64,000 bases of DNA, from positions 283,393 through 347,392 of IMG/VR virus record IMGVR_UViG_3300042879_006196, one strand, 5' to 3'. The translations under genes were made by a program, and so were the position numbers. A model generated the notes under the pieces. The model ran no database searches, had not been told where the DNA came from, and saw only the letters and a program-made list of their open reading frames with translations. The stretch comes from a virus. Shown here piece after piece: positions 46,698 to 56,591 of this stretch (its first letter is position 1; each line of letters begins with the position of its first letter).

Positions 46698-48110
46698 ATG
46701 TTGAAGCCCATTTACACAATCTCATTAATATCTATTACAGCTATGTCAAATGCTCAATCTGCAGATTTGTCGTTGCCTGTTGGTAAATCTTCCTTTACCA
46801 TAGATTCAAATAAAAAAATAAATTGGGCTGGATCAAATATGAAATATGATTTTGGCAATTTGAAATATGCTGGGACATTTGCAAATAATTCTCAAGTGCA
46901 CAATTTCAATGCAAAGCTAAGTGATGTCACAATGAGCTATACAAGTTCTGCTCCAAAAAACACAGTGGGTATCACTTATCGCGGACTTACATTCACTTCC
47001 GAGGATTTCAATCGAAATGAAGTGCAGAATGTATTTGCCTCAAAAGTATTGGTAGATAACAAAAATACATTATCTTATCAACAAAAACAATTGTCTATTT
47101 CAATGTCAAAGACTATAGGTAGAAATTTTAATTATGATAGCTATTCTTTTGCTTCCAAGGGGACAAAGATTGATTATGTGGCGTCTGAGAAGCCTTTAAT
47201 GATGACAGACGCTTGGAATCGCCCCTATGCCTCAGAAACGTCTATTATGTTTCAATCTCCTACATTCTCAGCACGAATAATGGACAATTATGATGATGTT
47301 CTTTATTCAACAAAAGGTTTCTCCATTAGGACTATTCATCATCCTAAAAGATTTGAGAATACATTAAACTATTCTAATAAAAACTATAATCTATCTTACG
47401 TTCAATTTAATGATGGATACTCTAAAAATTTCTTGAATATAAATGGCAAAGATTTCAAGTTTAAAATGGCAAACGATGGTGAAACTAATATTAGTCAATT
47501 AGAAACAAAAGACACCACAATAGCACATGGTAACAATCAAAACTTTGTTCAATCAAAAATTGATAAAATTGAATATAGATTGTCTGAAAGTACAGGCAAA
47601 ATTAACTATGATGTTAAAGTGGGAAATATTGGCGTAAGAGATGGCGACACATATGGAATTGTCCAACCGATTAAAAATGTTTCTGTAAAAGCATCATCTG
47701 AAAACGGTGTGGAACAAGTAAGTTATAATACATCTGTAAATAAAACAAATATATCTTTAAAATACAATAATCAATTTGATGTTTATGATTTTTATTTCAA
47801 ACAAAATGCATTTAGTGTTTATGAAAACTCATTCTCTTTGATAGGTCAGAATAGATCACAATTTAAAGATTCGTTTTCTTTCAGTTTGGTTAATCCAAAA
47901 TTTAATTTTGCGTCGGATGTTATTAATGACATTTACGCTTTGACATTCAAAAACAGCAATAATTTTGTGCTATCAATGATTAAAGATCAAAAACAAAATT
48001 TTCTTGGATTGACAAATACAGGTAAATTTGGAAATCTTGGCGTTCAGTATAATATGAACACGCAAATGTTCGACAGATTGTCATTTAACTATGTTATCAA
48101 ATTTCATTGA
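46698..48110 (+). CDS. Secreted N/S/Y-rich protein, possibly an outer-membrane beta-barrel
   Basis: Signal peptide PIYTISLISITAMSNAQSADL and an amphipathic beta-strand-like composition. A TTTTCCAGGTTTAACA...TATAAT promoter-like element sits upstream. Confidence 0.45.
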   Translation: MLKPIYTISLISITAMSNAQSADLSLPVGKSSFTIDSNKKINWAGSNMKYDFGNLKYAGTFANNSQVHNFNAKLSDVTMSYTSSAPKNTVGITYRGLTFTSEDFNRNEVQNVFASKVLVDNKNTLSYQQKQLSISMSKTIGRNFNYDSYSFASKGTKIDYVASEKPLMMTDAWNRPYASETSIMFQSPTFSARIMDNYDDVLYSTKGFSIRTIHHPKRFENTLNYSNKNYNLSYVQFNDGYSKNFLNINGKDFKFKMANDGETNISQLETKDTTIAHGNNQNFVQSKIDKIEYRLSESTGKINYDVKVGNIGVRDGDTYGIVQPIKNVSVKASSENGVEQVSYNTSVNKTNISLKYNNQFDVYDFYFKQNAFSVYENSFSLIGQNRSQFKDSFSFSLVNPKFNFASDVINDIYALTFKNSNNFVLSMIKDQKQNFLGLTNTGKFGNLGVQYNMNTQMFDRLSFNYVIKFH

Positions 48111-48198
48111 TACCAACGTTTGAGCAAAAATACTCTTCTTCTTAAATCTGGTGCTGGTTGTATTTTTGGTGAAAGTAAAGTTAAAAACATTAGATTTC

Positions 48199-48351
48199 CT
48201 TAAGTTTGGTAATTGTCTCATTCACTGAATTGATTTCTGTAAGAAGGTGATTCAGTTGATCAAAATCACCAATATTTTCAGCTTGTGTATATAGGCTTGT
48301 CAAATTTGCCAGTTTTTTTTCAGATAAAGAAATTAGATCTTGTATGCTCAT
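48199..48351 (-). CDS. Small hypothetical protein (MSIQDLISLSEKKLANL...)
   Basis: About 50-aa ORF starting 1 nt after the stop of the upstream gene on the minus strand. It is below the ORF-track length cutoff. Confidence 0.3.
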
Positions 48352-48352
48352 A

Positions 48353-49789
48353 TTATATCACCATTTGTCTTAACGTAATTGTCGAAGTGTTCAATAAAAT
48401 ATATACATAATTTATCATTGTGCCACCATCTTTGTAAACAATATTAAACGCAGTGTCTCCAAGTAAAGCTGCGCCGTTCGGATAAAACATTGTGGTCCAA
48501 CCTGTCATGTTTGATCTAGGAATATTGAAATCGAACCATCGTCCAGTAGCATCTTTCTGAATATATAGGCTATTATCAACATAAGAATATTTTGTTCCAG
48601 TAGTAAATGTTTCTACAGCAGGAGAATATGTTACAGCACTCCATATTCCTAAAGGAATATCATATCTGTCAAGGAGAGCTCCAGCCGCTCCTCTAAACGA
48701 ATAGATATATTTTCCATTAAGAATAGCAGATTGATTCGTCCAATCAGAATCTGTGCAATCATCAATGAAATGAGCTGACATACCTGTACCTGGAGCACCA
48801 CCTCTTGCCACGCCTGGATTAAGTTGTATCCATGTATTTATACCTATAGAATATCTGTAAAGCTGAACTGAGTTGTTTCCTAAAAAGTAAAGAAAATCAT
48901 CATTGGCTTCAATAGAGTAAATTGATGTTGTATCAGGTGTTGTTATCCATGTGGCAACACCTAAAGATGTTGCAGTATTTGAAATAATTGTTCTGATTTG
49001 CCCTGCTCCTGCTCCACCCTTTAATCTTACTTGATAATTTACCCATTGGTTGGTTGTCCATGTTTTTGTATTATCAGAAATCGTAGTTGTAGTTGCGGCT
49101 GAAGCTAAACCTACTGAAAAAGAATTATAGTCTGTAGCATGACCATGCCAAGCTGCTGTAGGAACTAATTTTGCATCAGTACCCACTGTTGCTGGAAAAT
49201 TAACAATGCTTAAAGAAATGTAAGTGTTTGTAGCGTAGTCATAAACCCTATATGAACCTGCGGCAAGAGTACCAGCACTTAAAAGGTAAAAGCGAGGCGT
49301 TATGAGTCTGTATCGAGTTTCTGTACTGAAACCACTCGCTTGTGGAGCAACAAAAATTGTTGCATTGGCTCCAACTGTGTTTGATACAATACCCAAGGTC
49401 AAACCAGAATTTGGTCCTGATAAAATATTAACATGGTATCCTCTTAGATCTCTAGCCAAGCTTTGGTTTGTAATTATTGTTTGATTGCTTCCACCAAGAG
49501 CAGACAATGACGTAATACCTACAGATGATCCAAAAGATATGGGGTGACCAGCTCCACACGCTCCAGCGCCAAATGCACCTGTAAGTGCAGGTGAGGGCAC
49601 TTGTACCCAGCCATCTTCATAAGGGTTATATAAATATGCCACAGTAGCTGAGACCACATATAATTGTTGTTGATTGACTCCATTACTACTTACAATATGT
49701 GCTCCAGCGACTGTAGCCGTTGGAGCAGGTGTTACCATTTCCCATCTTTTCAAATCAAGTATTTTTCGATTTCCATTTGTGGTAGCCAT
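48353..49789 (-). CDS. Thr/Gly/Ala/Ser-rich beta-rich protein, candidate virion structural/fibre protein
   Basis: 478 aa with a composition and local GC clearly different from the flanking genes. No enzyme motif; a structural role is inferred from composition only. Confidence 0.4.
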   Translation of the reverse strand: MATTNGNRKILDLKRWEMVTPAPTATVAGAHIVSSNGVNQQQLYVVSATVAYLYNPYEDGWVQVPSPALTGAFGAGACGAGHPISFGSSVGITSLSALGGSNQTIITNQSLARDLRGYHVNILSGPNSGLTLGIVSNTVGANATIFVAPQASGFSTETRYRLITPRFYLLSAGTLAAGSYRVYDYATNTYISLSIVNFPATVGTDAKLVPTAAWHGHATDYNSFSVGLASAATTTTISDNTKTWTTNQWVNYQVRLKGGAGAGQIRTIISNTATSLGVATWITTPDTTSIYSIEANDDFLYFLGNNSVQLYRYSIGINTWIQLNPGVARGGAPGTGMSAHFIDDCTDSDWTNQSAILNGKYIYSFRGAAGALLDRYDIPLGIWSAVTYSPAVETFTTGTKYSYVDNSLYIQKDATGRWFDFNIPRSNMTGWTTMFYPNGAALLGDTAFNIVYKDGGTMINYVYILLNTSTITLRQMVI

Positions 49790-49790
49790 A

Positions 49791-50231
49791 TTAATTCACT
49801 GTTATATTCCTTCTTAAATTGTCTGCCGCAAATTGCATTATAGCTGGGATCTGAGGGACAGCTGATAAACCTCCCATTTGCGATTGGTTAGTCAAAGTAG
49901 TTACAGTAGTTACAGTAGTTACAGTAGTTACAGTAGCAAGCGTAAGGTTTGCTGTTATTGAATCTAAAAGTATCCTCAAACGTCCTGATGTATCAGGATA
50001 AGCTAAACCAATTGTTCGGTTCAAGGATTGCACACTCATCCTAATTGCCTCTAAACATTCAACAATTTCTCCTTGTGTAATTGTAGCAGGTAATGGATTT
50101 GTCAAAGAGACATCTGTGGCAGTGCCATCCTCACCAAATGATTGTTTTACTCTTTGGTATTGAATACCTCCAACATCATCTGAGGCTATGAGTGTAGAAC
50201 CGCTAGGTGCATAGTTTACATTATCTGGCAT
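49791..50231 (-). CDS. Hypothetical protein with an internal TVTTVTTVTTVTT repeat, candidate structural protein
   Basis: 146 aa. Contains a 9-bp tandem DNA repeat (GTAGTTACA x4) and shares the higher-GC composition of its upstream partner. Confidence 0.4.
   Translation of the reverse strand: MPDNVNYAPSGSTLIASDDVGGIQYQRVKQSFGEDGTATDVSLTNPLPATITQGEIVECLEAIRMSVQSLNRTIGLAYPDTSGRLRILLDSITANLTLATVTTVTTVTTVTTLTNQSQMGGLSAVPQIPAIMQFAADNLRRNITVN
49887..49927. repeat. Perfect 9-bp tandem repeat (GTAGTTACA x4 plus a partial copy) inside a coding sequence
   Basis: Direct reading of the sequence. It encodes TVTTVTTVTTVTT in the minus-strand ORF. Confidence 0.8.
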
Positions 50232-50269
50232 TATTTATATTTTACATCTAAAACACAATCTCACCTTTT

Positions 50270-50302
50270 TTAAATAAAAAAGGGAGGCGTTGTAGCCTCC
50301 CT
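50270..50302 (-). terminator. Intrinsic terminator of dnaK
   Basis: GGGAGGC-(6 nt)-GCCTCCC followed, on the minus strand, by TTTTTTATTT. Confidence 0.65.
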
Positions 50303-50324
50303 TCTATTTTAGTTCAATTGATGA

Positions 50325-52205
50325 TTAATCAACTACTTCAGCGTCCACAACATTAGGATCTATCACTTCTTCATTAGACCCTTGAACATTTTGGTACAAT
50401 ACTTCTGAAAGTTTATGTGAAACTTGCAGTAGGTTGTCTTTAGCTGTTTGAATTTGATTTTTGTCATTTGTTTTTAAAGCTTCTTTAGTTTTTTCTAAAG
50501 CTTCTTGAACATCATCAATCAAGTTTTGCTCTGCTTTATCTTTCGACATTTCAATCGTGGTTTCTATACTAGAGCACAAAGTTTCAGTCTCATTCTTCAA
50601 GAGAATAAACTCTTTTGCTTCTTTATCTGCTTCAGCATATTCTTCAGCCTCTTTGATCATTCGATCAATTTCATCTTTTTCCAAGTTCGAAGATTGTGTG
50701 ATTGTGATACTTTGCTCTTTGCCAGTTCCAAGATCTTTTGCTTTCACACTTAAAATACCATTGGCATCTAAAGAAAACTCCACTTCGATTTGTGGGATTC
50801 TTGCTGGCGCAGGAGCAATCCCCGAAAGATTGAACATACCCAAGCTTTTGTTGTCTTTGGCAATAGGTCTTTCGCCTTGTAAGATATGAATAGTAACCTC
50901 AGTCTGATTATTAACAGCAGTGGTATATACACTCTTTTTCTGTGTCGGAATAGTCGTGTTTTTTTCAATAAGCACATCAACCATTCCTCCATTTACTTCA
51001 ACACCCAAACTCAAAGGAGTGACATCTAAAAGAATAATGTCCTTGACATCTCCTGCCAAAATGCCTCCTTGAACTGCCGCTCCAAGAGCCACTGCCTCAT
51101 CAGGATTCACACCTTTAGATGGCTCTAAGCCTGTAATTTCCTTAATCAAACTTTGAACACAAGGGATTCGTGAACTACCACCAACAAGAATTACTTCATT
51201 AATCTTAGATTTGTCCACACCTTCCTTGAGAGCATTTAGCAATGGTTTTTTGATTCGATCCAAGAGGGGTTTCACCATAGATTCAAAATTAGCCTTAGTC
51301 AATTCTAAATCAACATGCAATGGATTTCCATCCACTGCTGTAATGTAAGGAAGATTTATTGATGTGGTTGCCTGTGAAGAAAGTTCAATTTTAGCTTTTT
51401 CTGAAGCTTCTTTCACTCTTTGCATTGCCGCTGAATCTTTGCTGATATCTACACCAGTAGATTTTTTTGTTTCAGAAACAATCCATTCCGATACTTTATT
51501 ATCAAAATCATCTCCACCTAAATGACTATCTCCTGAAGTGCTCAAAACCTCAAATGTTCCATCACCAATATCGAGAATAGAAACATCAAAAGTTCCTCCA
51601 CCAAGGTCGAAAACCAAAATATAACCTTCTTTATCCTTGCTTACACCATAAGCCAAAGCCGCAGCTGTTGGCTCATTGATGATTCTCACTACTTCAAGCC
51701 CAGCAATTTCTCCTGCATTTTTTGTAGCTTGTCTTTGTGAGTCATCAAAGTAAGCAGGGACAGTAATCACTGCTTTACTAACAGTGGTTCCTAAGTAACT
51801 TTCAGCATCCACTTTAATTTTTTGAAGAACTGCCGCTGAAATTTCTTCTGGTGTAAAATCTTTACCCACCGCAGGAATTTCAATTACAGCTAAGCCCTTT
51901 TTGTTTTTCTTAACCTTATAACTAACTTTACCCACTTCATTAGAAATCTCATCATACTTGTGTCCCATAAAACGCTTGACAGATGAGATTGTGTTTTTGT
52001 GATTAGTGACAGCACTCCGTTTTGCAGAAATGCCAACAATCCGCTCACCATCTTTTTTCCACGATACTACGGAAGGAATAGTTCTATTTCCTTCAGATGA
52101 CGAAATCACTTTAGCTTCACCAGCTTCCATGATAGCAACGCACGAATTAGTCGTGCCAAGGTCGATTCCTAATATGTATTCTTTTGCCATATAAATAATA
52201 TACAA
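50325..52205 (-). CDS. dnaK: Molecular chaperone DnaK (Hsp70), bacterial type
   Basis: 626 aa with IDLGTTNS, DLGGGTFDVSIL, GDSHLGGDDFD and a substrate-binding domain. The C-terminus lacks EEVD. A rho-independent terminator follows on the minus strand. Confidence 0.95.
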   Translation of the reverse strand: MYIIYMAKEYILGIDLGTTNSCVAIMEAGEAKVISSSEGNRTIPSVVSWKKDGERIVGISAKRSAVTNHKNTISSVKRFMGHKYDEISNEVGKVSYKVKKNKKGLAVIEIPAVGKDFTPEEISAAVLQKIKVDAESYLGTTVSKAVITVPAYFDDSQRQATKNAGEIAGLEVVRIINEPTAAALAYGVSKDKEGYILVFDLGGGTFDVSILDIGDGTFEVLSTSGDSHLGGDDFDNKVSEWIVSETKKSTGVDISKDSAAMQRVKEASEKAKIELSSQATTSINLPYITAVDGNPLHVDLELTKANFESMVKPLLDRIKKPLLNALKEGVDKSKINEVILVGGSSRIPCVQSLIKEITGLEPSKGVNPDEAVALGAAVQGGILAGDVKDIILLDVTPLSLGVEVNGGMVDVLIEKNTTIPTQKKSVYTTAVNNQTEVTIHILQGERPIAKDNKSLGMFNLSGIAPAPARIPQIEVEFSLDANGILSVKAKDLGTGKEQSITITQSSNLEKDEIDRMIKEAEEYAEADKEAKEFILLKNETETLCSSIETTIEMSKDKAEQNLIDDVQEALEKTKEALKTNDKNQIQTAKDNLLQVSHKLSEVLYQNVQGSNEEVIDPNVVDAEVVD

Positions 52206-52333
52206 AAAAATAATAAAAAAAGTTGCTTTTTTTTCATACTTAAATCAATTGCACTTAAATGACTTGAGTGTTATATTATCAATAGTCTTATGTTATTTTT
52301 TTCCAGGTTTAACATTTTTGATTTATAATAGTC

Positions 52334-52573
52334 ATGAATAATTCGTATAATTCTTATAAAGAGTACTCAGATGATTTTATCACAAATCATCCTGAGCTTT
52401 TCGACAGAGTGATGCTTAAAGTAAATGCTACAATTAAGCTAAGTTTTGAAGCACACAGTGATTCCACTGAAGAAGATTTGTTAAAAATGGCGCGACAATT
52501 CATCGCAGATGGTGGCGAGATTGTGTGTGAGATGGATTTTACAAATCCTAATGATGAGGTTTGGGAGAAATAA
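52334..52573 (+). CDS. Hypothetical small protein
   Basis: 79-aa ORF. The start is uncertain because CGTATAAT lies inside the annotated 5' end. Confidence 0.3.
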   Translation: MNNSYNSYKEYSDDFITNHPELFDRVMLKVNATIKLSFEAHSDSTEEDLLKMARQFIADGGEIVCEMDFTNPNDEVWEK

Positions 52574-52577
52574 AACT

Positions 52578-52976
52578 ATGAAAGAAACAGAAAAAATTGC
52601 AAAAGATATGGCACAGACAAATGAAAATACATTAACTGCCGAAGAAGAACTAGAACTTAGGTTCCTTACCGCTTATTCAGAAGGTATGGATTCTTTCATC
52701 AAGTTTATTTTAAGCTATATTGGCATCTCGGCAATAATCATAACTTCTATCAATCTTTATAATTTGTATACTGGCAAGCTTATAAGTAGCGTAGCTGGTC
52801 AACAACTTTTTGTTTTTTCTGAAGAATTTTTTGAAGTAAATACTTTTGAAATACTTAATTGGTGTATTATTACTGGATTTCCTCTTGGCTTGTTAAGTCC
52901 ATTTTTATTTAACTTTTGGGATGAATTGAAAAACTTTTGGGATAAATTGAAAAAAAGTAAGGAGAAAAACTCATGA
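52578..52976 (+). CDS. Hypothetical membrane protein
   Basis: MKETEKIAKD... with two predicted TM helices. It is the inner ATG of the 52509-52976 ORF. Confidence 0.4.
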   Translation: MKETEKIAKDMAQTNENTLTAEEELELRFLTAYSEGMDSFIKFILSYIGISAIIITSINLYNLYTGKLISSVAGQQLFVFSEEFFEVNTFEILNWCIITGFPLGLLSPFLFNFWDELKNFWDKLKKSKEKNS

Positions 52977-53317
52977 AAAATACATTTTTAATTGTAACAA
53001 TATTAGCTTTTAATCTAGTTGGATGTGGCAATTTGAAGCAATCAAGTTCAAAGACCACTGTCTTACCAAGTGGAATTAAACTTAAAATTGAAAATAAACC
53101 TAACAATTCAATAACTGAACCATATCTTACATTCGCTACCTATTACATACCCGCAGACCAAAAATTTGTTCACTTCAGAAAATATGAGTTTTCTTATGAG
53201 GGTCAAATGACAACCAGAATGCGGAGACAGGATGATGCTTATGATGTCTATACAATTGCTTCATGTGGTCCTAAAATAACTATTGTAGAGGAAAAGCCCA
53301 TTGGAGAAATAAAATGA
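52973..53317 (+). CDS. Lipoprotein (paralog A)
   Basis: MKNTFLIVTILAFNLVGCGN is a lipobox (LVGC). It is paralogous to 54070-54462. Confidence 0.5.
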   Translation: MKNTFLIVTILAFNLVGCGNLKQSSSKTTVLPSGIKLKIENKPNNSITEPYLTFATYYIPADQKFVHFRKYEFSYEGQMTTRMRRQDDAYDVYTIASCGPKITIVEEKPIGEIK

Positions 53318-53622
53318 CACAATCTGAATTTTTAGAAGAAAAACAAAAAAAGAAAAAAAAATTTGAGAAACTTTTTTTGGAGGAATTTAATTCTGAATTG
53401 GCAAAATACTTCAGAACAGCATGCCCTAGAATTTATGTTGACACAAGTTATTATTTCAGTAAAAAAGAAGCGCTTGCAATTATTGCGTCTGAGCATCCTG
53501 ATTTAAAATTAAGATTGCGATTTTATCGTCAAGTTGATAACATGTACACACGACATAGTTTACAGTATAAATTTACTCCAAAAAGAAAATTCACAATCTT
53601 TGGGCGTGAGGTTTGGATTTAA
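53314..53622 (+). CDS. Hypothetical basic protein
   Basis: The start ATGACACAATCTGAA embeds the 9-mer. A truncated duplicate of this start occurs at 54459. Confidence 0.4.
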   Translation: MTQSEFLEEKQKKKKKFEKLFLEEFNSELAKYFRTACPRIYVDTSYYFSKKEALAIIASEHPDLKLRLRFYRQVDNMYTRHSLQYKFTPKRKFTIFGREVWI

Positions 53623-53639
53623 TTTTGTATAAATAGTTT

Positions 53640-53936
53640 ATGACAGAAAAAACTTCAATTTCAGATACATCAGAAACTCTATCCACAGCCCGAAACTTTG
53701 AGGGTACATTAGCTTTTGGCTCTTGGGCATATAATGATATGCAAAAACTTTTCTTAGGAAATGCTGAAGGGTGTGTTGGCTATTGGGTTTTGCATGATAA
53801 ATTGGGATTTTATACTAAAAGAAGACCAAATTGGATACAAAAACTTGCTGGAAAATTCTTCTTCGGTTTGAAGTGGGTTGATGATGCAGAAACACCAAAA
53901 AAACTTATGGATAAATTCAAAGCACAAAACGCATGA
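53640..53936 (+). CDS. Hypothetical protein
   Basis: 98-aa ORF. Confidence 0.3.
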   Translation: MTEKTSISDTSETLSTARNFEGTLAFGSWAYNDMQKLFLGNAEGCVGYWVLHDKLGFYTKRRPNWIQKLAGKFFFGLKWVDDAETPKKLMDKFKAQNA

Positions 53937-54069
53937 TTGTTTTTACCTATTTTGTTTTAGCTGTATTTTTTTTAACCATTTTTTTTCTTATAATTGAGTT
54001 TGAGCCAGAAATAATACAACAAATGGATTAGTGGTTTCGTATATTCTTTTTGTGAAAACAGAAAAACTC

Positions 54070-54462
54070 ATGAAAAATACCTTTTTAATTATAGCAACAC
54101 TGGCTTTTACTTTGGTTGGGTGTGAAAATACAAGGCAATCAAGTTCAAAAACCATTGACTTACCCACGGGAATCAAACTTAAACTTGAAAAGATACCCAA
54201 CAAGTGTAATTCATATGATCCATATGTTATAGTTGCTACGTATTACATTCCTTCAGACCAAAAATTTGTTAATTTCAAACAATTTGAGCTTTCTTGGAGA
54301 GGCGAAAAATATTATGAGGATTATGAGGGTCAAATCACAACCAGAAAACGAACAAAGGATGATGGCTATGATACCTATACAATTGCTACAGGAGCTCAAT
54401 TTGAAGCTGCATGCAGTCCTGCGATAACGATAATAGAAGAAAAGCCTTTTGGAGAAAAATGA
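54070..54462 (+). CDS. Lipoprotein (paralog B)
   Basis: MKNTFLIIATLAFTLVGCEN lipobox. It aligns along its length with the 52973-53317 protein. Confidence 0.5.
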   Translation: MKNTFLIIATLAFTLVGCENTRQSSSKTIDLPTGIKLKLEKIPNKCNSYDPYVIVATYYIPSDQKFVNFKQFELSWRGEKYYEDYEGQITTRKRTKDDGYDTYTIATGAQFEAACSPAITIIEEKPFGEK

Positions 54463-54522
54463 CACAATCTGAATTATTTATTACTTAAAGACCGTATATG
54501 GAAAGAGGAATGAGAACAAATC

Positions 54523-55131
54523 ATGAAAAAATTTATCGGATTGTATTGGAAAATTGAAAAAAGCAAAGATGGACTTTGGGCTAACTATGACAAAAGTGGG
54601 CATAAAATAAATCATGTCGTAGCTTGTCAAGTAGCCAAAGAAAGTGACATTAAAGCTTTCGTATTCATTTTAGGAAAGTATATGCTCATAGTGGCTAAGT
54701 TAATTGATGTCACAACTGGTAAACAAAAGGCATTTGGTGCCAAAGATAGACCAGTTACAGAAGCAATCAAAAGAAAGCCTGAAAGAGTCAGGGAAGTAGG
54801 AGTGATGCATCTTAATATTCCAGAGGTTAAGCCTCCTATGCCGACAGCACCTGCACAACCTCCCCAGAAAAAAGACAAATTAGAAGAAGAATTGAAACGA
54901 ATTGAGTCTTTAGACGCTGAAATCAAGCGACTTAGATTGCAAGAAGCCAATAACATTTTGCTTGCTTGGGGTGGGGTATGCCCTTCTGATTGGGCAATTT
55001 CTGGTGACCCAACACAAATGGCTGAAATTATTAGGCAAAGAGGTGACGAATTGCAAACAGAGAATTTACGACTCAAATCCGAGTTGATTGAGGTCACCAA
55101 AATTCTTAAGATTTTGGAGGATGAGGAATGA
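54523..55131 (+). CDS. Hypothetical protein with a C-terminal coiled coil
   Basis: 202 aa. An SD-like GGAGG lies upstream. Confidence 0.35.
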   Translation: MKKFIGLYWKIEKSKDGLWANYDKSGHKINHVVACQVAKESDIKAFVFILGKYMLIVAKLIDVTTGKQKAFGAKDRPVTEAIKRKPERVREVGVMHLNIPEVKPPMPTAPAQPPQKKDKLEEELKRIESLDAEIKRLRLQEANNILLAWGGVCPSDWAISGDPTQMAEIIRQRGDELQTENLRLKSELIEVTKILKILEDEE

Positions 55132-55415
55132 GCGAACAAAAAGCCCAGCGAGAAGCCTATATTCGAGCTTCTGACCAACGAATTGCAAATTGGACAGAAG
55201 CTAAACGTGAAGCGTTTCAAAAGGCTGTCGAAAAAATTAAGCCATTGGAAGAAGTCAAACCGTTGGAAGAAGTCAAACCAGAACCGATTGAGTTTGAGTT
55301 CATTCCGTCCCTAGAGATGGTAAAAGATTCGTGGTTAGGAGAGCATATTCCGATGGAAGCTATTGGCAAAAAATTCAAGTGCATCCAGATTTTGGAGGAG
55401 GAGGAAGAAAAATGA
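55128..55415 (+). CDS. Hypothetical acidic protein with a KPLEEV tandem repeat
   Basis: 95 aa, preceded by ATTTTGGAGGATGAGGA-ATG. Confidence 0.35.
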   Translation: MSEQKAQREAYIRASDQRIANWTEAKREAFQKAVEKIKPLEEVKPLEEVKPEPIEFEFIPSLEMVKDSWLGEHIPMEAIGKKFKCIQILEEEEEK

Positions 55416-55729
55416 AAAAAGCAAGTCGTGCACCAATATATACGGCGTGTGTATATCCAGATTTGGCTGAAATTTGTCGCGAGGCTGGCTATGCATTAGC
55501 AGTGCATGGTTCACTTGCCAGAGATTTTGACCTTGTTGCTATACCTTGGGTAGAAAATGTTATTATCCCAGAAATAGTTGTGCAGGAAATAACAAAAAAA
55601 TTCTCTGTCAAACAAATAGGCGAGCCAGAGTGTAAATTACATGGGAGATTGTGTTATACCTTAGCATGGATGGGTGAAGCGTTTATAGATTTTTCGTTCA
55701 TGCCTGTGCAAACACAAGAATTAAAATGA
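55413..55729 (+). CDS. Hypothetical protein
   Basis: MKKASRAPIYTA..., preceded by the strong SD GGAGGAGGAGGAAGAAAA-ATG. This is the inner start of the 55331-55729 ORF. Confidence 0.4.
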
Positions 55730-55779
55730 ATACAAGCATGACAGTTCGTTGCGTTCAGATTTTGGAGGAAGAGAAGAAA

Positions 55780-55905
55780 TGACCTTCTTTCAAGGTTTAC
55801 TAATGTTTCTATATGTCGTTTGTATTTTGGAAAGTGCGAGCCTCATAGTGACCGTTTTATATCATGAATTGTGTCCTCGTAGCACAGAGGAGTTTCGATG
55901 AGCAA
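55780..55905 (+). CDS. Small hydrophobic protein (41 aa)
   Basis: MTFFQGLLMFLYVVCILESASLIVTVLYHELC. Preceded by ATTTTGGAGGAAGAGAAGAA-ATG and paralogous to the next small ORF. Confidence 0.3.
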
Positions 55906-55906
55906 A

Positions 55907-56008
55907 ATGACATTCTTCCAAAGTTCGATGGACGCTTTAGTATTCCTATTAGCCATAATCTGTGTCTTAATCTGCATTGTTGGGCATTTGCTAACGCGGA
56001 GGAGATGA
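55907..56008 (+). CDS. Small hydrophobic protein (33 aa)
   Basis: MTFFQSSMDALVFLLAIICVLICIVGHLLTRRR. A paralog of the 55780-55905 peptide. Confidence 0.3.
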   Translation: MTFFQSSMDALVFLLAIICVLICIVGHLLTRRR

Positions 56009-56278
56009 ATGAGTATGAGTAGGATTATTATTGACAACAAAAGCAGTTTGCCAGATTATGATGCAGTAACAATGGTGCGAAGAGTAATGTCTGATGGATT
56101 TCAAAGCACAGAAACAATTCAAGGAGAAAAAAATGTTCCTAAGTATTGCCATGCAACTGCTTTCAAACGTGAATTCAACGGTAAGAAAACTATCGTTTGG
56201 GCAAGACCACGAAAGACAAAACAAAGTGCATATTCTTTCTTGGTTTACGATGAACAGGAGAAGAAAGAGCATGAGTGA
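56009..56278 (+). CDS. Hypothetical protein (paralog of 57688-57955)
   Basis: MSMSRIIIDNKSSLPDYDAV...VMSDGFQSTETIQGEKNVPKYCH. Preceded by a GGAGGAG SD. Confidence 0.4.
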   Translation: MSMSRIIIDNKSSLPDYDAVTMVRRVMSDGFQSTETIQGEKNVPKYCHATAFKREFNGKKTIVWARPRKTKQSAYSFLVYDEQEKKEHE

Positions 56279-56591
56279 CGCTGAAATTAAAAGACTTACT
56301 TATGATGAAATCATTGATTTAAGAAACAAACGGCAACAAGAAGAAATCAACAAAGAGCTTGAAAAAATTGCAGAAAAAGTAGCAAAAAAAATTGAATATT
56401 TTATATGCGGTCTTAATTGGGACCCTAAAATTGAAAGTGGACTAAAAGAACGGTTACCTTTAACTATGATTGAGGAATATTTGAGTGCACAATTTACAGT
56501 TCAGTTTAAGGTTCAAGTGCTCCACGGATTACCTGGGGGTAAAGATACATTATATGTTGATCTATGTGGTGGGGTGAATGAGCATGAGTAA
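56271..56591 (+). CDS. Hypothetical protein
   Basis: MSDAEIKRLTYDEI... This is the inner start of the 56094-56591 ORF, since the 56094 start would overlap the previous gene. Confidence 0.35.
   Translation: MSDAEIKRLTYDEIIDLRNKRQQEEINKELEKIAEKVAKKIEYFICGLNWDPKIESGLKERLPLTMIEEYLSAQFTVQFKVQVLHGLPGGKDTLYVDLCGGVNEHE

Noticed and set aside
50325-52205. Whether the Hsp70 is eukaryotic or giant-virus type, which would suggest a nucleocytoplasmic large DNA virus origin for the window.
   Set aside because: The sequence has bacterial DnaK signatures and no EEVD C-terminus. The window also carries tmRNA, sigma-70/NusG, signal peptidase I and lipobox lipoproteins, which are bacterial or phage features.
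55331-55729. A nucleotidyltransferase-fold assignment for HGSLARDFDLVAIPW.
   Set aside because: The Ser-to-Asp spacing is too short for the GS-x9-13-DxD motif, so the ORF is left as hypothetical.
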